A stretch of DNA of 64,000 nucleotides, from assembly GCA_011056835.1 (NCBI GenBank), contig DSDU01000243.1, positions 6,305-70,304 on the forward strand. Direction: 5' to 3'. The DNA is from Deltaproteobacteria bacterium. GTDB lineage: Bacteria > Desulfobacterota > Syntrophia > Syntrophales > UBA6807. Positions 58,859 to 64,000 of the stretch are shown here, piece by piece; positions within the stretch are counted from its first letter, which is position 1; each line of letters opens with the position of its first letter. The notes beneath the pieces are model-generated. The model saw nothing but the letters and a program-made list of their open reading frames with translations, ran no database searches and was not told the origin of the DNA. The translations under genes and the position numbers were made by a program.

Positions 58859-61396
58859 TCAGCTTGGTGCTCCGTTGGCCTGCTTTTTCCACTTTAATAT
58901 CAGTGTGTACAGCGCGGGAAGTATAATAATCGATGCCATGAGGCACGCGCTGATGCCGATAACCGCCACATATCCCATGCTTCTCAATCCCGGATAATGA
59001 GAGAGCGCCAGTGTACCGAAGCCGGCCATGGTTGTCAGGGATGTCAGGACGACCGCCCGTCCCGTTCGTGCCATGTCACTCAAAAAGTTATGACCGGTGA
59101 CCTGACGAAAGGTGTTGGTGAGGTGGATACCGTCGTCAATGCCGATTCCCGCAATCATCGGCAGGATGATTATATTGAAGAAATTGAAATCGAGTTTCGC
59201 AAGAACCATGATACCTGCCACAGTGGTCAGTCCGATGAAAAGAGGAACGATGGAGAGCAGGAACAAGGCAAGGGAGTGATAATAGAGAATGAGAACTCCC
59301 GCAATGGCAAGCAGCGCCAACAATAATGACGATTCGAGGTTGGAAATAATAAGCCGCTTCAATTCACCCGTAAGGAGGTTTGGTCCGGTGAGTTTGTAGT
59401 CGCCTTTATTCAGGCCGACCTCTGTCAGCTTGGCTGTTACCGTTTCTCTGAATGCCGTCGTGTCAGTGTGGTGCCAGAGGTCTTTCAACGGAAAGATGTA
59501 TGTTATTATCGTATAGTCTTTCTCCATGGCCGCCATAAACGGTTTAATCAGCGGTGCGAGGGCAGTCTCCCCAAGCGCCGATGGAAGAATTATCTCTTCT
59601 GATGTCAGGACTTTACGTAATTTATTGAAATAGTCATCGTAGAGACCTGCCGTGGCAAATCCGTTTTCGTCACAGGCCCGGTTAAAGGTCTCCTGAATAC
59701 GGTCCGGGTCAAAGGCTATTCCCCCGCTTCGGATCATTTGCCCCGTAAGTTTCTGCTCCTCGGCAGAGGCAATAAACCGGTTCAGCGAAGTGAATCCGCC
59801 AATCCTGCCGTTTTGTTTTAAATCTTTCATGGCATGGAATATTTGAGAGCTCTTTTTCAGGACATCCTTTTCAGAAGGACCTTGAACGACTATCATTGTT
59901 TGTGCCATCGATCCCCCGATCCAGCGACTGACCATATCCTGGAGGTGAAAAGTTTCACTGTCGGCAGGGCGGAAATTCCTGAGATTATCATCGAAAGAGA
60001 CGCGAAATCCTGAGAGCGAAAGGAGAACCGTAACAAAAAGGAACGCAGCAATTATTGTTTTCGGATATGAAGCGCACAGGCGCATGGGCTTTTCGAGTCC
60101 GAATCTACTGATCATAATCGGTCGTCCGCTTTTTGTTTGCGTCGAGAAAAAGATCAGAAGGCAGGGAAGGACGACCAGCATGACGGCGAGGCAGATAAGG
60201 ATTCCCGTTCCCGTGACAATGCCGAGTTCTTGAAATCCGCGAAAATCAGATATGGCTATCGAATAAAACGCAACGGCTGTTGTGATTCCTCCGATTACAA
60301 TCCCCATTCCGGATTCATGAAATGTTTCTTTAAGTCGAAGTGTCGGTGGGAGATTGATTTTATCGTTTCCAAAGTAGCGATTAACCATGTGAATCGCAAA
60401 ATCAATACCAAGACCGATCAACACACATGAGAATACGCAGGTAAGGACATTAACATGGTGAAACATGATACTGGTGAACCCGAGAGTCCACAGAATGCTT
60501 ATGACAAGTGAAGCTGCGACATAGAAAAGAACCCGTGTTGTTCTGAATGATATCCCGAATAGAATAAGAACCGCCAGGAAAGATGTCAGGATGGTTACGG
60601 CAATATCTTTCTTTGTCGTTGCCTCGTCACGAACGGCAATTGGGTATCCGCCCGTGTACGAAACGATAATCCCGCTTCGTGAATCGAGCCCCACGTCTTC
60701 GAGTGACAACTGTTCAAGATGACCGACTGTTTTCATGAGGTCTCTGCTGAAGGAAAGATCCTGAGGCGGTCGGTGCGGGCTTATGAAGATAAAGTAGGTT
60801 GAACCGTCGTCGGTTCGGAAAAACCCTGTTCTTCCGGAGTTTATCTGTTTTGCCGCGGGGGAGGTGAACCGATGTTCGAAGAGTTCCCGAATACCAAGGG
60901 GATCGGCGGCGATGATGTCTCGTGCTGCCATGCCGAAGGGAGTCATGAGAAGATGTTTATTCTGTTGCACCTGATGACGGATCTCCTCGTCTGTTAAATG
61001 AGATGCCAGGAGTTCCAGGTCTTCGACTTGAAGAAAAAGCGGGAGGTAGTCGAGCAAGGTCCCGAAGACGGACGGGAATTCACGTCCGTCATTCTTATAG
61101 GTGACATTTTTGATGAGCGGGCTTCCGGCAAGATTCTCCGCAAATGTTTCAATAAATGATTCACCTGTTTCGGCTTCGTCACGTGAGGGTATGGAAATGA
61201 CTGCAATCAGGAGGGAATGCTCCCCGATCCGGTCGGTGATATCGAAAAAAATCCGCACTTCCTCATTGTGATCGGGAAGGAGCGAGTAGAAGTTCATGTC
61301 GAGTTGAAGGCGAAATGCCAACATTGCGGCCAGTACGGTGATACAGATCGTCAGGATCAGTATGTGCCGGTGGAATCGATAAATTATGTGATGCAA
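58859..61396 (-). CDS. mirror copy: MMPL/RND-type predicted lipid exporter
   Basis: Mirror of 5217..7754(+); identical 845 aa. Confidence 0.75.
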   Translation of the reverse strand: MHHIIYRFHRHILILTICITVLAAMLAFRLQLDMNFYSLLPDHNEEVRIFFDITDRIGEHSLLIAVISIPSRDEAETGESFIETFAENLAGSPLIKNVTYKNDGREFPSVFGTLLDYLPLFLQVEDLELLASHLTDEEIRHQVQQNKHLLMTPFGMAARDIIAADPLGIRELFEHRFTSPAAKQINSGRTGFFRTDDGSTYFIFISPHRPPQDLSFSRDLMKTVGHLEQLSLEDVGLDSRSGIIVSYTGGYPIAVRDEATTKKDIAVTILTSFLAVLILFGISFRTTRVLFYVAASLVISILWTLGFTSIMFHHVNVLTCVFSCVLIGLGIDFAIHMVNRYFGNDKINLPPTLRLKETFHESGMGIVIGGITTAVAFYSIAISDFRGFQELGIVTGTGILICLAVMLVVLPCLLIFFSTQTKSGRPIMISRFGLEKPMRLCASYPKTIIAAFLFVTVLLSLSGFRVSFDDNLRNFRPADSETFHLQDMVSRWIGGSMAQTMIVVQGPSEKDVLKKSSQIFHAMKDLKQNGRIGGFTSLNRFIASAEEQKLTGQMIRSGGIAFDPDRIQETFNRACDENGFATAGLYDDYFNKLRKVLTSEEIILPSALGETALAPLIKPFMAAMEKDYTIITYIFPLKDLWHHTDTTAFRETVTAKLTEVGLNKGDYKLTGPNLLTGELKRLIISNLESSLLLALLAIAGVLILYYHSLALFLLSIVPLFIGLTTVAGIMVLAKLDFNFFNIIILPMIAGIGIDDGIHLTNTFRQVTGHNFLSDMARTGRAVVLTSLTTMAGFGTLALSHYPGLRSMGYVAVIGISACLMASIIILPALYTLILKWKKQANGAPS

Positions 61397-61414
61397 GGGG
61401 TATGACCTCGTGAT

Positions 61415-62785
61415 CTATCCCTTTTCGGCCGGGAAATACTTTTTCCAGAGATTGTCGGCAACAACCGCATACTTTTGCGCGTACTCATCCATTTCACCTG
61501 CCAGATCCTGAAAGATGATTTCTGCGCCCTCATGGGTGAAATATGCTCCGAATTTCGTGATGGTATCACGGCCGACCTGAGGATTGTCGACAAGTGTGCA
61601 TGGTCGAAGAAGATTGTCATACAGGGGAAGTCGAGAACACAGCGATCGGAACATGGGGGAAAAAATAGCCTCCTTCAGAGGGGTTGCCCTGATATTGTGG
61701 GTGGCATAATGACAGAAGACACATGGTTCCACGTCTCCATTGGCATTGATGTGAAAGTATTTTCTGCCGCCGGCGATGCATCCTCCGACCAACGGTCCAT
61801 CATGCCAGAAGTCGGCCAGAAGAATCTGTTTGCTTGCCCGGAGATACGTTAATCGTTCATACTGATATCCCCGCTGCTCAGGGGTTTGCATGAGTTCAAG
61901 GTTCGGTTCCCGTCCGATGGGAACATACATGAAGTACCACCCCAGCACACATCCCTTGTCGATCATAAATTCTATGAATTCGTCACTGTTAAGAATCTCC
62001 GTATTCCGTCGAGTCAGTGTCCCGGAAAAGCCGAACAGTATTTTCGATTCTCTCAGCAGCTCCATCGCCTTCATGATTTTGCCGAAATGTCCTCGACCAC
62101 GGCGCAGGTCTGTTTCTTCTTCGTATCCTTCGATGCTGATGGCCGGTATGATGTTGCCGACATCGACAAGCCGCCGGCAGGTTTCTTTATTGATCAACGT
62201 TCCGTTGGTGAAAACGTGAAAGACGACATCATTGTGTTTTCTGAAAATATCGAAAATCCGGGGATGAAAAAAGGGCTCCCCGCCGGACACGACACAGAAA
62301 AACATTCCCATTTCCTTCGCCTGAGTGAGTGTGCTGTCGATTTCTTCAAATGACAATTCGCCCCTCTTGTCGTAAGAGCCCGCATAACATCCGTAACACT
62401 TCAGGTTGCATTTCATGCTTGGACTGATGACGAAGAAACCGGGAGGATAGGGCATTCCGGTTCTTTCGGAAAACTCCTTCCGTTTATTCGTGCCGATAAG
62501 GAGCTGATTGAGAATTGCCGCCTTGATGAGTGTTTTCCGGTGGTGAGGGTTTGTTCCCCTGAGAATCTTCTTCGTGACGGCGAGGCTGGGGTGGTTGGTG
62601 TCAAACAGCCTCTTGATCCACTTGATTTTTTCCACATAATAATCTTTGGTAGCCAGTTTTTCGGCCAGATAGGCCAATACGGTGTAAATCCATCTGAATA
62701 ATCGATCATTGCGTATGTTCGAGAGAAGAATGAAGAGAAAATTAATCAAGTATATTAAAAATCGGCTCTTGAGCGTATATACCAT
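61415..62785 (-). CDS. mirror copy: radical SAM enzyme with Cys-rich C-terminal extension
   Basis: Mirror of 3828..5198(+). Confidence 0.8.
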   Translation of the reverse strand: MVYTLKSRFLIYLINFLFILLSNIRNDRLFRWIYTVLAYLAEKLATKDYYVEKIKWIKRLFDTNHPSLAVTKKILRGTNPHHRKTLIKAAILNQLLIGTNKRKEFSERTGMPYPPGFFVISPSMKCNLKCYGCYAGSYDKRGELSFEEIDSTLTQAKEMGMFFCVVSGGEPFFHPRIFDIFRKHNDVVFHVFTNGTLINKETCRRLVDVGNIIPAISIEGYEEETDLRRGRGHFGKIMKAMELLRESKILFGFSGTLTRRNTEILNSDEFIEFMIDKGCVLGWYFMYVPIGREPNLELMQTPEQRGYQYERLTYLRASKQILLADFWHDGPLVGGCIAGGRKYFHINANGDVEPCVFCHYATHNIRATPLKEAIFSPMFRSLCSRLPLYDNLLRPCTLVDNPQVGRDTITKFGAYFTHEGAEIIFQDLAGEMDEYAQKYAVVADNLWKKYFPAEKG

Positions 62786-62811
62786 TCGTGAGAATCCCCT
62801 TTTTGTATGTT

Positions 62812-63315
62812 TCAGCTGCCGGCTAATATCCACCATAACTTCAAGATGCAGTCACCGATTCCCAGCAGAATAGCGCACCCCAAAGTACTGCCCAGAATCA
62901 GAAGCAGATAGCTGTAAGGTTTGGGATACTTTAATAATTTTGAAAGAAGAACACCGCTCCACATGCCGCACCCTTTCATGGGAAGCAATGTTATTGCCAC
63001 AACACCCGGGGCGCCCATGACCTGCATCCAGCGAAAAAAACGCGATTCGTGAAGCTTCCGTTCCTTCTTTCTGGCTCTTTCAGAGAGCTTCCGTACCAAT
63101 AATCGTTGAGACAGCGCGCCGTAAAGATAATAGAACATTGGTATCTGCAACGTGTCCAGCATGACGACGACAGGCACAATAAATAATGCAGTATAACCTA
63201 ATAACTGCGCACTGAGAACGGCAACGGGTCTCCCTCCCACGATATAGAGCGGGATGAAATAGAGAACGAAGTTATCTGCAAGGTTGCTTTTTAAATAGAG
63301 CACGATCTCAGTCAT
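62812..63315 (-). CDS. mirror copy: small integral membrane protein
   Basis: Mirror of 3298..3801(+); identical 167 aa. Confidence 0.6.
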   Translation of the reverse strand: MTEIVLYLKSNLADNFVLYFIPLYIVGGRPVAVLSAQLLGYTALFIVPVVVMLDTLQIPMFYYLYGALSQRLLVRKLSERARKKERKLHESRFFRWMQVMGAPGVVAITLLPMKGCGMWSGVLLSKLLKYPKPYSYLLLILGSTLGCAILLGIGDCILKLWWILAGS

Positions 63316-64000
63316 TAGCTGAATTTTTCCTTATACATATGTCGTCTCTGAAATGCAACGGTTTTCTTTTCGAGAACGGTGGAGATCGATGTGAAGGGGA
63401 AATCGTCGAGCAGGCGTTCGAGTCGCTCAGGCGTCGTGACAACACGGGCATGCAGAACAAAGAGTTTGGAAAGCGGCAGCTTCACGCGGGGCGGGTTGTG
63501 GTCGAATTCCCGCGGATGGACGTAGATTACGGCGGGTTCACCATTCCTGTTGAACTTTTCTATGGATCTGTGTATCAATCGATATGGAAATACTCGGAGT
63601 CCCCATCCTCCGCCCACGGGCAGGTTGATAAGAGGAGTGTATGCGGTAAGTGGCGGGAATTCCCAGATATGACCCTCATTGAGTACCAGTCTGTGCGGTG
63701 CTCTCGGATAGGCTGAATTACCGATAATCGGTAGTGGCGCCATACTCGAATCGTATGCGAATCCCTCCTGCCTGAGAATGTCAAGCGCCCACAGCGAGTC
63801 ATTCCGGACGGACCATTCCGGCGCCCGGTATCCCTTGATCGGGCGTCCTGTGATCCTGGTGATGGTATCAATCGCCTGTTTCAGATCCCTGCGAAACTCG
63901 TCCTGTGTCATGGTGTAGACTCGCCGGTGAGCATATCCGTGTGTGGCGATTTCGTGACCGTCACGATGAATCTTTCTGATGAGCTCGCCATGACGGTCTG
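63315..64000 (-). CDS. mirror copy, 5'-truncated by the window edge: polysaccharide deacetylase family protein
   Basis: Mirror of 2426..3298(+). The start would be at 64187, outside the window. Confidence 0.75.
   Translation of the reverse strand, partial: DRHGELIRKIHRDGHEIATHGYAHRRVYTMTQDEFRRDLKQAIDTITRITGRPIKGYRAPEWSVRNDSLWALDILRQEGFAYDSSMAPLPIIGNSAYPRAPHRLVLNEGHIWEFPPLTAYTPLINLPVGGGWGLRVFPYRLIHRSIEKFNRNGEPAVIYVHPREFDHNPPRVKLPLSKLFVLHARVVTTPERLERLLDDFPFTSISTVLEKKTVAFQRRHMYKEKFS

Larger units (their letters stand above)
33307..64000. repeat. right arm (30,694 bp) of the perfect inverted repeat; exact reverse complement of 2613..33306
   Basis: Same evidence as the left arm. The arm is cut by the window edge, and the partner of 1..2612 would be 64001..66612. 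Confidence 0.95.

Noticed and set aside
33307-64000. Reading the right-arm genes as a real segmental duplication or a set of paralogs
   Set aside because: Zero divergence over 30.7 kb, including a shared frameshift and shared non-coding DNA, plus the zero-spacer geometry, mean one template read twice. They are listed as mirror copies only.
1-64000. Search by eye for rRNA, tRNA, tmRNA, RNase P RNA, CRISPR repeats, IS or transposase/integrase genes, toxin-antitoxin and defence-system hallmarks
   Set aside because: I recognised none of these. Absence by eye is weak evidence and should be confirmed with tRNAscan-SE, Infernal, CRISPR finders and HMM searches.

Overview
Structure first. Positions 2613..64000 form a perfect inverted repeat with no spacer, a 61,388-bp palindrome. 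The dyad lies between 33306 and 33307, inside GCTAGC, and position x pairs with 66613-x. Every ORF in the supplied track between 2613 and 33306 reappears on the other strand at the mirrored coordinates with an identical translation. All nucleotide spot checks I made by hand were exact. Only 1..2612 has no partner in the window; its partner would be 64001..66612. The window therefore holds about 33.3 kb of unique sequence, read twice. I consider a fold-back assembly or read chimera the most likely cause. The interesting alternative is a covalently closed hairpin end of a linear replicon, or a head-to-head replication intermediate. The sequence alone cannot decide between them. Unique content on the left arm falls into three parts. 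(i) 1..16270 is a tightly packed, translationally coupled specialised-lipid type cluster. It encodes an SDR ketoreductase, an ATP-grasp ligase, a NodB-type deacetylase, a small membrane protein, a radical SAM enzyme with a Cys-rich C-terminal extension and an MMPL/RND-type exporter. It also encodes a Zn-ribbon methyltransferase plus SRPBCC-like lipoprotein, PlsC-type and LpxL-type acyltransferases, a B12-binding radical SAM enzyme, a LolA-like carrier, a FabD-like acyltransferase and a FabZ-like dehydratase. (ii) 16367..32809 holds ordinary chromosomal-looking genes. These are a CsgG-like/NHL-repeat protein, secreted proteins, a double flavodoxin-like oxidoreductase, a threonine-synthase-family enzyme, a universal stress protein and a metallophosphoesterase. 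The rest are a multi-PAS/GAF hybrid histidine kinase interrupted by a 1-nt frameshift, an MBL-fold hydrolase, a ketopantoate-reductase-family enzyme, a NUDIX hydrolase and a PNPOx-like flavoprotein. (iii) 32810..33306 is about 0.5 kb with no convincing gene up to the apex. I saw no rRNA, tRNA, CRISPR array, transposase, integrase or phage/plasmid hallmark gene. The gene content (LolA-like, LpxL-like, lipoboxes) suggests a diderm bacterium, but I cannot assign taxonomy. All functional calls rest on motif recognition by eye; no database search was possible.
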